Virus record (IMG/VR): IMGVR_UViG_3300037067_002514
Location: 1 to 64,000 of that record
Length of the DNA: 64,000 nucleotides
Direction: 5' to 3' (one strand)
Source of the DNA: a virus
Lineage: Duplodnaviria; Caudoviricetes
Of this stretch, positions 37,555 through 47,116 are shown piece after piece; position 1 is the stretch's first letter, and each line of letters opens with the position of its first letter. The notes under the pieces are model-generated. The model worked only from the letters and a program-made list of their open reading frames with translations. It was not told the origin of the DNA and ran no database searches. The translations under genes were made by a program, and so were the position numbers.

Positions 37555-38730
37555 CTATGAATGATTTCCTGAATACACTACCATCGTACCTTTATCACTT
37601 GAGAAGTTAAAGGTGTAAGTAGCAGCATTACCTACAGATGAAGAGTAACCATCTGATGTTATTCTCATGTAAGGTATTTGAACCTGTTTCTTCACTGTAG
37701 TATTGTCAGCAGGGTCTTTTAACTTTATATCAAGCTGTAATGTATTTTCTGAGAACTCATCAACCCCAAACTCTTTCTCAGTACCACCAGTAGTTGTACC
37801 CTGAGCTAATAGTGCTATAATTTCATTATCAACATCTAATACTGATATATCACCAGTAATGTTAGGATTCTCAGTAATATAACCAACTACATTTACATTA
37901 CCCATTTCCTTTACAACTGTATTAGGGAATGTACCTCTTATATTAACTGACTGTACCCTGTATAGGTTATTAGCAGATATGGTAACTGGAATATTCTTAC
38001 CCCTTATAGCAGCAGGAACAGTAGAATCTGATATATTAGTCCATGTTAGAGGATGTGCTGTATTAGTATGGTAAACAGCTATAGCTGTTGTAGAAGTAGC
38101 ACCACCACTATAAGTAACAACACCAGAGGCAGTACAGCTATAATCTGTACCCTCAGTCTTCCATACACCATCTACTATAAAGCTTAGTAGTTTATTGCCA
38201 TTTTTTAGTGTTAGAGGTACTTGTGACAAAGTGAAAGCAGATGCAGCAATAGCACCACTATCAACTACTACATCATTAGCAAGATACCTTTTCTCAGAAC
38301 CAGCACAAGTGTACTCTTCTGTAGATTCCCCATTTACTGAATATGAGAATGAGAAATCAGTAACCCTCATGTACCTAGCATGTATACATTTTAAATGTTG
38401 TGTTGTACCAGCATCTTTTATGTATGCTACTAGGTCACAATAACCCAGTAGGGAAACATCTACACCAGATGCTGGGTATGTTGTTGGTGAGTAACCAGCT
38501 AATACACCCCAGATAGACGGTGACACATCAAAAGCTTGGAATGTAGCTGATATTTCAGGAACATCAGTAACATTACCTACGTTATTAGGATTACCAAGTT
38601 CATTTATGGCTGTTACAGGAATGTTAGCTGATAAATCTAATCTCTGTATTCTATATGCCCAAAATGTAGCCTTTGCCCCAACAACCCTTAATTTAACCTC
38701 TTTATATGGGATTGCAACTTTCCTAGTCAT
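37555..38730 (-). CDS. Major tail (tube) protein
   Basis: 391 aa, T/S/G-rich beta protein with ELGN and EMGN repeats and a final YTFNF; lies between the terminator and chaperone genes. Confidence 0.8.
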   Translation of the reverse strand: MTRKVAIPYKEVKLRVVGAKATFWAYRIQRLDLSANIPVTAINELGNPNNVGNVTDVPEISATFQAFDVSPSIWGVLAGYSPTTYPASGVDVSLLGYCDLVAYIKDAGTTQHLKCIHARYMRVTDFSFSYSVNGESTEEYTCAGSEKRYLANDVVVDSGAIAASAFTLSQVPLTLKNGNKLLSFIVDGVWKTEGTDYSCTASGVVTYSGGATSTTAIAVYHTNTAHPLTWTNISDSTVPAAIRGKNIPVTISANNLYRVQSVNIRGTFPNTVVKEMGNVNVVGYITENPNITGDISVLDVDNEIIALLAQGTTTGGTEKEFGVDEFSENTLQLDIKLKDPADNTTVKKQVQIPYMRITSDGYSSSVGNAATYTFNFSSDKGTMVVYSGNHS

Positions 38731-38840
38731 TATTTCTCCACTTCCCTAGAATAATCCTGTTCATCCTATAATAACTGTTTCCTTACCCTTTATTGAACCC
38801 GATGTATATAACTCCCCTAGGGATTATTTTTATTCCCTTT

Positions 38841-39326
38841 CTAAACCGCACCTGTAGAGTATGTAATAAATGATATACTTGATCTCCAGTACTTCTTCTT
38901 CTGATATGTATTAAAATTATAAGCTTGTTTCATTATCCTATCCTGTGGAGATACATACTCTATTATTCTTAGATCAGCCCCTAAAGGGCTTTTACCCGTA
39001 TCCTTATTATACCCATTAGAGTAATCCCTGATGGGTATTGCTAAATCTAAACCATTATACACTAATTCAGATATATCATCCCTTTGTGTATCAGTTAATC
39101 CGAAAACATCTATAGACCAATTCTTTTTAAACCAACTAGCACCTAATTCACCACTACCATCTGATACATAGTTTAATTCTATAGATACACAAGGTATTAT
39201 CAACGATTCATTCTCTATATCATTATAAGGATAACTATCCAATATTCTTGATACTTTTCCATTCAGTATACCCTTTATATAAAAGTAAATAGATAAATCC
39301 TCATTCCTAAACTTTCCACTTGTCAT
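38841..39326 (-). CDS. Tail terminator/completion protein
   Basis: PCVSI...ELG...WSIDVF..TDTQRDDISELV pattern; sits just upstream of the tube gene. Confidence 0.7.
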   Translation of the reverse strand: MTSGKFRNEDLSIYFYIKGILNGKVSRILDSYPYNDIENESLIIPCVSIELNYVSDGSGELGASWFKKNWSIDVFGLTDTQRDDISELVYNGLDLAIPIRDYSNGYNKDTGKSPLGADLRIIEYVSPQDRIMKQAYNFNTYQKKKYWRSSISFITYSTGAV

Positions 39327-39327
39327 A

Positions 39328-39660
39328 TTACCTCATTAGTGCTATAGCCACTATGGTAGCTACTAGGCTTGATACACATATGCCTGTTACTGCCCAGAAT
39401 ATACTCCATACGAAGTCTTTGATTTTCTTTAATTTTTCATTCTGTTCACATACAAGGCTCTTTAATTCTTCTTTAATTAAATCCCCAGACTTTAATATCT
39501 CTGTTTTTACCTCAGACCTGAACCCATTATAAAACTTAGCTAATATCTTATCAACTGTACTTTCTATTCTATCTAATTCTTCCTTTTCTATATCTTGGTT
39601 TCCTGCAATTATTATTAGCATTTCTGCTAATTTGTAGTATGGATTTTCTCTGTCAGTCAT
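39328..39660 (-). CDS. Small membrane protein with one C-terminal TM helix (holin-like?)
   Basis: Coiled-coil followed by FVWSIFWAVTGICVSSLVATIVAIALM. Confidence 0.55.
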   Translation of the reverse strand: MTDRENPYYKLAEMLIIIAGNQDIEKEELDRIESTVDKILAKFYNGFRSEVKTEILKSGDLIKEELKSLVCEQNEKLKKIKDFVWSIFWAVTGICVSSLVATIVAIALMR

Positions 39661-39668
39661 AACTTATC

Positions 39669-40025
39669 CTAGATCAGTATTGATAGAAATTTTGCGTCTT
39701 TTTTAACTGGATTTATACTTCTCTTAATTCCTCCCCTTATCCTCATATTATCCCCAGCAACAAGCTTATTTTCTGTACCATCAGTACATACTATCAATTC
39801 ACCAGATAATACAGTTAAATACTCTTCTTTATCCCTTATATATTCACCACTACTCTCTAGTGTTGATTTAGCTTCACAATAGGTTATTACCCAGGATGGG
39901 TCACTTGATACTAGCTTTTGGCAATCCCAACCGCCTACTTTATATATCCCATAAGGCACTCTGTCTGTTCCCCTAGATATATACTTATCTAGTCTATCCA
40001 TAATATCAACGCTTTGCTGAACCAT
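39669..40025 (-). CDS. Cupin-fold protein
   Basis: EYLTVLSGELIV...LVAGDNMRIRGG.KRS cupin pattern; start ATG 40025 with GAGGT SD. Confidence 0.65.
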   Translation of the reverse strand: MVQQSVDIMDRLDKYISRGTDRVPYGIYKVGGWDCQKLVSSDPSWVITYCEAKSTLESSGEYIRDKEEYLTVLSGELIVCTDGTENKLVAGDNMRIRGGIKRSINPVKKDAKFLSILI

Positions 40026-40032
40026 AATACCT

Positions 40033-40899
40033 CTAAAACCTAGGAATTCTACCAAAAAACTTTCTTACTACACTTCCTTGTGATGTAACAAACCCATAAC
40101 CCTGTAAACCTATTTTAGTGTTAACTGTATTTATAATAAATACTTCTTTTCCAGATTTAGATATAAAGGTATGTCCACGATATTTAGTTTTATTATACTC
40201 TATTGTAGTAAAGTTATCCCTTAATATAGTACTTCCAGCATTAATCTTTGCTACCATTTGACTTATACTAGTAAAACATTTATTATAAGCACTATGCATT
40301 TCTCTAGTATAGTTATCCTTAAAGTTATTTAATATCTTAAATCCGTGATTTTCAGGATAAGCCCCCATTCCTATATTTCCATTTTCTATTATAACCCAAA
40401 ATGGGGCTATACCCATTAATTCCATCATATCTAGACGACTATTAACAGTATCAGCATATTTTGTGCTTTCACCTAGGTACCATGAGTTATATAATTTCTT
40501 CCAACCATCTAAGGTACCCCTAAGAGGATAGGCCTCATACTGTATTTCTTGTAACTCTTTCCATCCACCAAGTATATCTGTGTTAATAAACATTGCTTGT
40601 ACTACCCCAGAATGATTATAATAAACACCAACATGGTGAGGTCTAGACAGTGCGTCTACTAGGACTGATTTGTACCTTGGAAAGTTCTTAAACTCCCTTA
40701 TAGAGTCCATAGCACTAATAAATTCATCCTGTATTTGCTTATTAAGCTCTTTAGCTGTATTTAATACAACAGAATCTACAATAGCTTTAGAATCTAAATA
40801 CAATGTTGGATACATTAAGTTGTTAAATTCCGTTACCCCAAGGGAAAGAAGTATACCTTGTGGGCTAAAATTACCAATATCATGGAAGAACTCTTCCAT
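40033..40899 (-). CDS. Putative neck/tail-joining protein
   Basis: 288 aa, between head-closure-like and terminator genes; assigned by position only. Confidence 0.45.
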   Translation of the reverse strand: MEEFFHDIGNFSPQGILLSLGVTEFNNLMYPTLYLDSKAIVDSVVLNTAKELNKQIQDEFISAMDSIREFKNFPRYKSVLVDALSRPHHVGVYYNHSGVVQAMFINTDILGGWKELQEIQYEAYPLRGTLDGWKKLYNSWYLGESTKYADTVNSRLDMMELMGIAPFWVIIENGNIGMGAYPENHGFKILNNFKDNYTREMHSAYNKCFTSISQMVAKINAGSTILRDNFTTIEYNKTKYRGHTFISKSGKEVFIINTVNTKIGLQGYGFVTSQGSVVRKFFGRIPRF

Positions 40900-41117
40900 T
40901 AGGTACTAGCACCCTCTATTTCAATACCAGCTAAAACTAGCATAGCTCTAGCAAAATTATTGTAGTTGTCTAAAATAACCTTTCTAACCCTTATGTATGA
41001 TTCCTTATCTTTAACTATCTCCTCTAGTTCATTAAGAGTTATAGCGCAATACCTTGCTTTCTTCTTATCTACTAACTTTACTATCTCTAGAGGTGAAAGT
41101 GCCTCAAACTTATCCAT
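40899..41117 (-). CDS. Hypothetical protein (72 aa)
   Basis: Translationally coupled to its neighbours; no motif recognised. Confidence 0.65.
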   Translation of the reverse strand: MDKFEALSPLEIVKLVDKKKARYCAITLNELEEIVKDKESYIRVRKVILDNYNNFARAMLVLAGIEIEGAST

Positions 41118-41118
41118 A

Positions 41119-42684
41119 CTACTCCTTACTACCCTCTTTAGCTACTATTCTTAACCTATCAACATTAGGTATGCCCTTTTTGGTTATTCTTTGAGGGTAT
41201 AGTATTCTATCATCTACGTGTATTTCTTTTATTATATCTAGTTGTTCCTCTGTCAAGTCATCGTTTGATATTGTTATTATACAGTCACCAGCTAATGTGC
41301 TTCCAGCAATTCCATGTTCTAAAATATCACCAGATAACCATCTTACATGAGATTTTATAGTTACTGTAGAATTACTAGAAGGAAGGTAATAAAGACCACT
41401 ACAGTTATTAACTCCAAACAAATTTGCAGTATATGTATGACTTCCTTCTACCTCAATGTTATATACCTTTAATGTCCTACTTGTACTACTAACTGCCTTA
41501 ACAACCATCATATAGTATCCATTGTATATACCAGAACCCCGTGAATATGTACTGTTAATCCTATACCCTACATGGTAAGACTTTAAATGATGTATACCCT
41601 TAGCATCTGTTCTGCTCTCACTAGAAAATATATATGGTTTATAACCACATCTTACTAATAGATCAAAAAGTTGGTATGATAATATTTTTGATACTGTAGT
41701 AAATGTATATTCATTTCCATCTTTATGACCATCACCATCTACTAGAGCCTTTACTAGAACATCATTAAAGTCAGTATTAATAAATTCTTTAGGTATAATC
41801 TTATTTTCTGCTAAATTCCCACATTTTTTTAATAATAGGCATAATTTACTTGAGTGTACCTCTAAACATATACTGTTCTCTGTTCTACTAGTTAGTCTTG
41901 AATTTGCGTTAAATAACTCTTTACATATCTTAGATATTCTATCTGCTACATCCTTTTCATCCTTGTTTAAAGCAAACTGTACTGTTCTTGGATATTCATC
42001 ATTACTAACACAACCCTCAGCAATAAACCACCCAATAAGATAAACTAAATCTTCTGTTATGGCATAAGAATATTCTTTTTCGTGGTATTTATATGGGTTA
42101 CTAAAGCATATTTCACTATATTTTTTTACATCACATATAGGGTATAACAGGGTATCTCCAACTTCTATGTCTATTGCTGCTTTATCAACTATTTTAAACC
42201 TACCATCTTTAGGTTGTCTTGAGTAATAACACCCCCTTCTTGGGGTACAGGTTGGTAAACACTGTATATTTCTGCAACTATGGGGGTATTTATACTTCTC
42301 TAGGACTTTAAAAGTATGATTACCCGTACACTCTACACCCTCTATATTTTTGTAGGTCTCTATAGATACCATAATACCAGTATAATCTCTACTAAATGTA
42401 TTAATAACTTTATACTTATTACCAGAACTAGAGTAAACAGTGTCACCAAGGATTATATCTTGTATATTTTTAAACCCTTCAGTAGTATTTACTAGTGTAT
42501 CTTCCTTGAAACAGACTTCGCAGAAACTATCTAGACTTGTTTGATTAACTTCATCAAATAAACCACCAGAAGAGCATACTGGACATACATTACCAGAACC
42601 TACTAGGATAAAGTCTACATTTCTTCCTATAGCCTCTCTTATCTCTTCCTTTATAGTTTTTGTTTCTGGAAATGTTATTGACAT
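41119..42684 (-). CDS. Putative head-closure/stopper-type neck protein with CxxC...CxxC motif, intein-containing (151 aa spliced)
   Basis: Extein IREAIGRNVDFI...CPVC...FCEV|CSGLYY...HVRW...GDCIITI...IHVDDR. The position downstream of the adaptor fits a stopper protein. Confidence 0.6.
   Translation of the reverse strand: MSITFPETKTIKEEIREAIGRNVDFILVGSGNVCPVCSSGGLFDEVNQTSLDSFCEVCFKEDTLVNTTEGFKNIQDIILGDTVYSSSGNKYKVINTFSRDYTGIMVSIETYKNIEGVECTGNHTFKVLEKYKYPHSCRNIQCLPTCTPRRGCYYSRQPKDGRFKIVDKAAIDIEVGDTLLYPICDVKKYSEICFSNPYKYHEKEYSYAITEDLVYLIGWFIAEGCVSNDEYPRTVQFALNKDEKDVADRISKICKELFNANSRLTSRTENSICLEVHSSKLCLLLKKCGNLAENKIIPKEFINTDFNDVLVKALVDGDGHKDGNEYTFTTVSKILSYQLFDLLVRCGYKPYIFSSESRTDAKGIHHLKSYHVGYRINSTYSRGSGIYNGYYMMVVKAVSSTSRTLKVYNIEVEGSHTYTANLFGVNNCSGLYYLPSSNSTVTIKSHVRWLSGDILEHGIAGSTLAGDCIITISNDDLTEEQLDIIKEIHVDDRILYPQRITKKGIPNVDRLRIVAKEGSKE
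41404..42513 (-). mobile_element. Intein 5 (370 aa) with LAGLIDADG endonuclease, in the putative neck protein
   Basis: CFKEDTLVNT...CTGNHTF...GWFIAEG...ALVDGDG...VYNIEVEGSHTYTANLFGVNN, +1 Cys. Confidence 0.92.
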
Positions 42685-45014
42685 ACCTTCTTACTCACCC
42701 TGTTAGAATTTACCTCTTCTAGAATAATCTTATCAAATTTACCAGCCAGGTACTTCCAACTAAATCTTTCTTGCTGTACTAGATCATATGCCTTTTTACC
42801 ATATTCCTTTACCTTTTCTCTATTGACATACAAGTCATCTAGTATTCTAGCCATATCCTCTGTATCCACTACAGCACCTTCAGTATTAATCCCACCAGTT
42901 AGAACTTCCCAATCCTTTATCTTAATCAGAGGGGCAGTTCCTGTCCATATTTCCTTTAATGCACTATTATCTGCTACCACTTGTGTAATTCCACAAGCTG
43001 CACTTTCACACGGTGAAAGACCCCATCCCTCTCCAGCAGAAGCCATCACATTTACATCAGCTATGTTATATATCTTGCATAACCCATCTAAAGGTAAGCC
43101 TTTATCTGGTCTTATTATGTTCTGATCAGTATACGTTACTCTATCTTGTATACCCCATCTTTTAGCTAGATCAACAAGATTCCACCCTAAATCATTTAGA
43201 CAGTTGTGAACACATAGGAACTCTGTGTTATATGTATGAGTTGGGTCTGTCTCAAGATTATATACTATTCCAGTATATTTTTCTACACTAGTACTAATAA
43301 CAGGAACATAGAAGTAGTTATCATCACTCCAGATACGAGAAAAACTCTTTGACTTAAACCCTATATTTTCCTCTAGTATAAAGGACATTTCTCTCTTCTG
43401 TAACCCACCAGCATAAAGGGTGTACCCGTAAAATCCATCTGTGTCAGGACAAGTTTTTCTTAAGGATGCTACTATTCCTAATCTTAAAAGAACATACTTT
43501 AATTGGTAAATAAGGTTAATTGATACTGAATAATAACCAAAGCTCAAACCAGTAAAACACCCATCACCATCATATAATCCCTTAACAAAAGACCTTAATA
43601 ATGAAGTATCACTATAAAGTATAAAATCTGGTATAAATTTATTATGTGCCCCTGCCCCAAAAGTTGTTCTAAACCACTCAGAGATACTCTTTGAACAAAA
43701 AACTAAATTACCACCATTTTTACTAGTACTATACCATTTTCCTTTCTTACTAAAGTACTTATTCATAGCATAGTCAATAAAAGATATTAAATCCCTTTCC
43801 TTTATATTGAGGCTAAAAGAAATATTATTCCCACTGGAACTACCCTCTGCAACATACAACCCGAATAACCTTGATAAATCAGCGTTAAGTGAGAGACTAT
43901 TAAATTTTATGTCAGTAGATATGGGTTCTACCTTTGGCTTAGGTATTGCTACAAAGTCTGTGTCTGATAGATCAGAAGCATTTATAAACTCTGTTTTATA
44001 CCTCTCATAAAACCTTTTACCACAATTTGTAGTAATAATCCCAGATTTAAGAGTTTTAAACCTTGCCTTACAAGCTTTGGAACAAATAGTCTTTTTACCA
44101 TTATAGCATTTCTTACCTTTTACACCTAATACTGGATGTTCTGGGGTAACTAAAATATCTTCTGAACCTTGACATTTTAGCCTTATTACGTCACCTGTGT
44201 ACGGTCTACTAATAGTATCAATAACATTACTAGCATTACCACTGGAGTCTAAAACTTTATCCCCTATAATAACATCCTGTATGCTCTTGGGAATCCCATT
44301 AGATGTTACCACTTTAGTACCTGGAATAAAACAAGTATGTAGGTATACCTGTATATTGTTCCTATCAGCACTGGGCTTACTATTCAACCATGTAGCACAA
44401 CCTTTTAAAAACAAGTCAAGTCTCTTTCTAGGCTGGTTCCTGTTTAAGTTCATCACTACAAATGCTTCACTAGGTATGCCATTTATAAATTTCCTAGCAT
44501 CTAGCATAGGATAAAAAGAATCAGTATCAACCCCATGACCTATAATATCAACCTTATCTACCTCTTGAGTGGCTAGTATTCCATCCCTAGCATAAGTAGT
44601 ATAAGTAACCATTCTAGTACCAGAATCGTTTATTATCTTAACCCATTGTGGTGCTACTGGAAGAGCGTCAACTGGTGAGTAAGAGATCACTCTATTTCCC
44701 TCTGGAATTTGCTTTACTATTTCAGATACAATCCATAGATCATTATTTATAACTATAATATCAGGTTTCTCTTTTGATATGACTTCAGCTACACGGTCTA
44801 TACCAAATACATTACCCCTTGCTTTAGCTGGGTATATTCTGAATATACCTTCATAACAATGAGGGTCTCCTATTTGTTGATTAACACCTAGTACTGATAT
44901 ATCATATCTACCTAAAGAATATAAATTCTCTAGTATAGCTTGAGAAACTCTTCCGAACCCTGTACTAGCTGCTGGACTATCACCACACCATAATAACTTA
45001 ATCTTACCTTCCAT
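42675..45014 (-). CDS. GT-B (GT4-like) glycosyltransferase, intein-containing (402 aa spliced)
   Basis: TGFGRVS, IGHGVDTDSF, NRNQPRKRLD, YNIADVNV..SAGEGWGLSPCESAACG. Confidence 0.9.
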   Translation of the reverse strand: MEGKIKLLWCGDSPAASTGFGRVSQAILENLYSLGRYDISVLGVNQQIGDPHCYEGIFRIYPAKARGNVFGIDRVAEVISKEKPDIIVINNDLWIVSEIVKQIPEGNRVISYSPVDALPVAPQWVKIINDSGTRMVTYTTYARDGILATQEVDKVDIIGHGVDTDSFYPMLDARKFINGIPSEAFVVMNLNRNQPRKRLDLFLKGCATWLNSKPSADRNNIQVYLHTCFIPGTKVVTSNGIPKSIQDVIIGDKVLDSSGNASNVIDTISRPYTGDVIRLKCQGSEDILVTPEHPVLGVKGKKCYNGKKTICSKACKARFKTLKSGIITTNCGKRFYERYKTEFINASDLSDTDFVAIPKPKVEPISTDIKFNSLSLNADLSRLFGLYVAEGSSSGNNISFSLNIKERDLISFIDYAMNKYFSKKGKWYSTSKNGGNLVFCSKSISEWFRTTFGAGAHNKFIPDFILYSDTSLLRSFVKGLYDGDGCFTGLSFGYYSVSINLIYQLKYVLLRLGIVASLRKTCPDTDGFYGYTLYAGGLQKREMSFILEENIGFKSKSFSRIWSDDNYFYVPVISTSVEKYTGIVYNLETDPTHTYNTEFLCVHNCLNDLGWNLVDLAKRWGIQDRVTYTDQNIIRPDKGLPLDGLCKIYNIADVNVMASAGEGWGLSPCESAACGITQVVADNSALKEIWTGTAPLIKIKDWEVLTGGINTEGAVVDTEDMARILDDLYVNREKVKEYGKKAYDLVQQERFSWKYLAGKFDKIILEEVNSNRVSKKVCQ
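43203..44333 (-). mobile_element. Intein 6 (377 aa) with LAGLIDADG endonuclease, in the glycosyltransferase
   Basis: LHT|CFIPGTKV...VTPEHPV...GLYVAEG...GLYDGDG...VYNLET..THTY...VHN|C. Confidence 0.95.
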
Positions 45015-45023
45015 TCCTCTCCT

Positions 45024-45704
45024 TTACCAGACTTTAATCTTGTTTTTGACAATTCTAGGTATAGTAAATACCTCGTCAGCACTATTAACAACTATTATGG
45101 CATACCCTATAGTTCCATGAAAGTCCATTGGTACAGTTGAAAAGCAACTCTTAAACTTACTAGGGTTACTATAGTTATATTGATATCTTAGTGGGGTATG
45201 TAAATGACCAGAATAAAATGCCCTTACTTTATCAGTAAGAAACTCATTAGCAACACCAGATGGGAATACCTCAAATGGGTGATGGGAAAATACTATATGA
45301 TAGTCCTGACCAGATAAGCTTTTCATAAGCCAATCATACTGTTCTGTATCATTTTTTAAAGAACTATACCACCCTTCTGCGTGTCTATGACCTATATATG
45401 ATGTATCAAGAAAATCAAGGGTATAACCATTAATACTTAAATTTTTAAACCTTGAACCAAAGTCATCAACACTATATTTACCAAAATCACCAGGCATAAC
45501 AATAACCCTGTGATTTATTTTACTAATTGATTCCTTTGCAATGTTAAATGATTCTTCTGAATCATCATGGGTAATGTCACCAGTTATAACAACTACATCA
45601 ACCTTTTCATGATTAATATTGTCTATCATTGGTTCCAGTATATTCTCAAAAGGTCTAATATGTAAATCTGATAACTGTAGTGCTACAAGTTTTAATTTAT
45701 CCAT
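45024..45704 (-). CDS. Calcineurin-like metallophosphoesterase (Icc/CpdA-like)
   Basis: SDLH, TGDITHD, SHHP and GHLH motifs; the usual GNHD motif reads GDFG. Confidence 0.8.
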   Translation of the reverse strand: MDKLKLVALQLSDLHIRPFENILEPMIDNINHEKVDVVVITGDITHDDSEESFNIAKESISKINHRVIVMPGDFGKYSVDDFGSRFKNLSINGYTLDFLDTSYIGHRHAEGWYSSLKNDTEQYDWLMKSLSGQDYHIVFSHHPFEVFPSGVANEFLTDKVRAFYSGHLHTPLRYQYNYSNPSKFKSCFSTVPMDFHGTIGYAIIVVNSADEVFTIPRIVKNKIKVW

Positions 45705-45722
45705 TCCTCTCCTATTTATATA

Positions 45723-46202
45723 CTACCTATCAAAGTCCTGAACCCAACCATAGTTTCTATGTACCTTAGCTTGGGCTAATTTTATCGGAAGCATCCTATT
45801 TAGTTCATTAATATCCTCAGTAAGACTAGATGATAACTGCTTAGACCCCTCTATATTAGAGTAGCTAACTTCATCATCCTTCCAAGATGCAGTACTACTA
45901 GATTGAGTATTCTTCTTACCTGACTTTAATATAATTGATGCCATTAATACTATGGCTCTTTTATCCTTACTTTGTATAACTGGTGGTGTACTAAACTCAA
46001 ACGTACAATTAGGATTTCTGGTAACTACACCATCTGCTGAAATGTAATACCTGTTACTCCACCTAGTCATTAAGGCTTCAACAGAATCCATAAGAAGACT
46101 ATGTAATACCTCATCAGAGTATGTCTTTGTGCTAGTATTATCACCTATATGATTTCTTAATGGAAGTATAAGAGTTTCTAAATTTGATACAGTATATGCC
46201 AC
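45723..46202 (-). CDS. Head-tail adaptor-like protein
   Basis: LRNHIGD....YSDE.L pattern and helical acidic character typical of adaptors; follows the capsid genes. Confidence 0.65.
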   Translation of the reverse strand: MAYTVSNLETLILPLRNHIGDNTSTKTYSDEVLHSLLMDSVEALMTRWSNRYYISADGVVTRNPNCTFEFSTPPVIQSKDKRAIVLMASIILKSGKKNTQSSSTASWKDDEVSYSNIEGSKQLSSSLTEDINELNRMLPIKLAQAKVHRNYGWVQDFDR

Positions 46203-46220
46203 TATTACCCCCTTATACTA

Positions 46221-46249
46221 ATTATACCACATGATACGCTATATGTCAA
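46221..46249 (-). promoter_or_regulatory. Consensus sigma70/sigmaA promoter with extended -10, inside the virion gene block
   Basis: TTGACA (46249-46244), 17 nt, TATAAT (46226-46221) preceded by TGG; upstream of the adaptor gene. Confidence 0.8.
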
Positions 46250-46253
46250 TAGA

Positions 46254-46517
46254 TTACATTGAATTACTAACGTTTATTACCTGCCTATCTATATGCATAC
46301 CATCATCAACATTAAATTTAATCTCTACTAGATATGTACCAGATTCTGATGGGGTAAACATTTCATCATTTAATCCAGAGCATGTTGTAAACTCACCACT
46401 AGCAACTACTGTGGTATCAAGACAGTTAAATATATTATATATACCAGATGTAATGGTATATTCACCATCTAAGGTAGTTTCTGTATAAAATGGTTTTGAC
46501 TCACCAACATACCACAT
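46254..46517 (-). CDS. Small Ig-like virion protein
   Basis: 87 aa beta protein with FTP..SGTYLVEIKF.V pattern. Confidence 0.55.
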   Translation of the reverse strand: MWYVGESKPFYTETTLDGEYTITSGIYNIFNCLDTTVVASGEFTTCSGLNDEMFTPSESGTYLVEIKFNVDDGMHIDRQVINVSNSM

Positions 46518-46532
46518 AAATCCCCTAAATAA

Positions 46533-46569
46533 AAATATAGAACAGGTACTTACTATCTGTTCTATATTT
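46533..46569 (-). terminator. Probable intrinsic terminator
   Basis: Perfect 13-bp inverted repeat AAATATAGAACAG/CTGTTCTATATTT followed by TTATTT on the minus strand. Confidence 0.6.
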
Positions 46570-46586
46570 AATACTGCATTAATCTC

Positions 46587-47021
46587 CTACTTATCTAGTT
46601 CTTTTAATCTTTCCTCTATTATCCCTATAGTCTTAACTGGTTTATTTCCAGCCTTAGCAAAGGTAAGGATTCTTTTAATAGGGACTATTGAAGTGAAATC
46701 CTTTAGCTTAGTTTTTAATTTAAGGGGTGACATCTTTAAAATATCAAGTAGATCACCATCAGATATAGAGTTTGTAGTGTCTACATTTATTGAGTAATCA
46801 GATATTGCTATAAGATACCCGTTCTCTACAGTTTTACTATTATACTTTAAAAAGAACTTCTCCGCCTCCTTATTAGGTATTTCTATCATGGTAGAATCTG
46901 CACCACTATTAGGGTCACCATATAAAAGAAACTCTTCCTTCTCGTTGCGGGAATTTAATAGTACCCCTCCAACTTTTCCCTTTATTGCTTTTTTAAAAAA
47001 CTTTGGATATACTCCTTCCAT
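46587..47021 (-). CDS. Hypothetical protein downstream of the major capsid gene
   Basis: 144 aa, good SD; no motif recognised. Confidence 0.7.
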   Translation of the reverse strand: MEGVYPKFFKKAIKGKVGGVLLNSRNEKEEFLLYGDPNSGADSTMIEIPNKEAEKFFLKYNSKTVENGYLIAISDYSINVDTTNSISDGDLLDILKMSPLKLKTKLKDFTSIVPIKRILTFAKAGNKPVKTIGIIEERLKELDK

Positions 47022-47090
47022 TTAAACTCCTTTATTTTTATTTAAAGTCGTAATTTTGAACCTCTCTCCCTTACGACTATTATCCAAATA

Positions 47091-47111
47091 AGGGGGGTAT
47101 AATACCCCCCT
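47091..47111 (-). terminator. Probable terminator after the major capsid gene
   Basis: AGGGGGGTAT-T-ATACCCCCCT hairpin 5 nt after the stop, followed by TATTT. Confidence 0.65.
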
Positions 47112-47116
47112 AAAAA

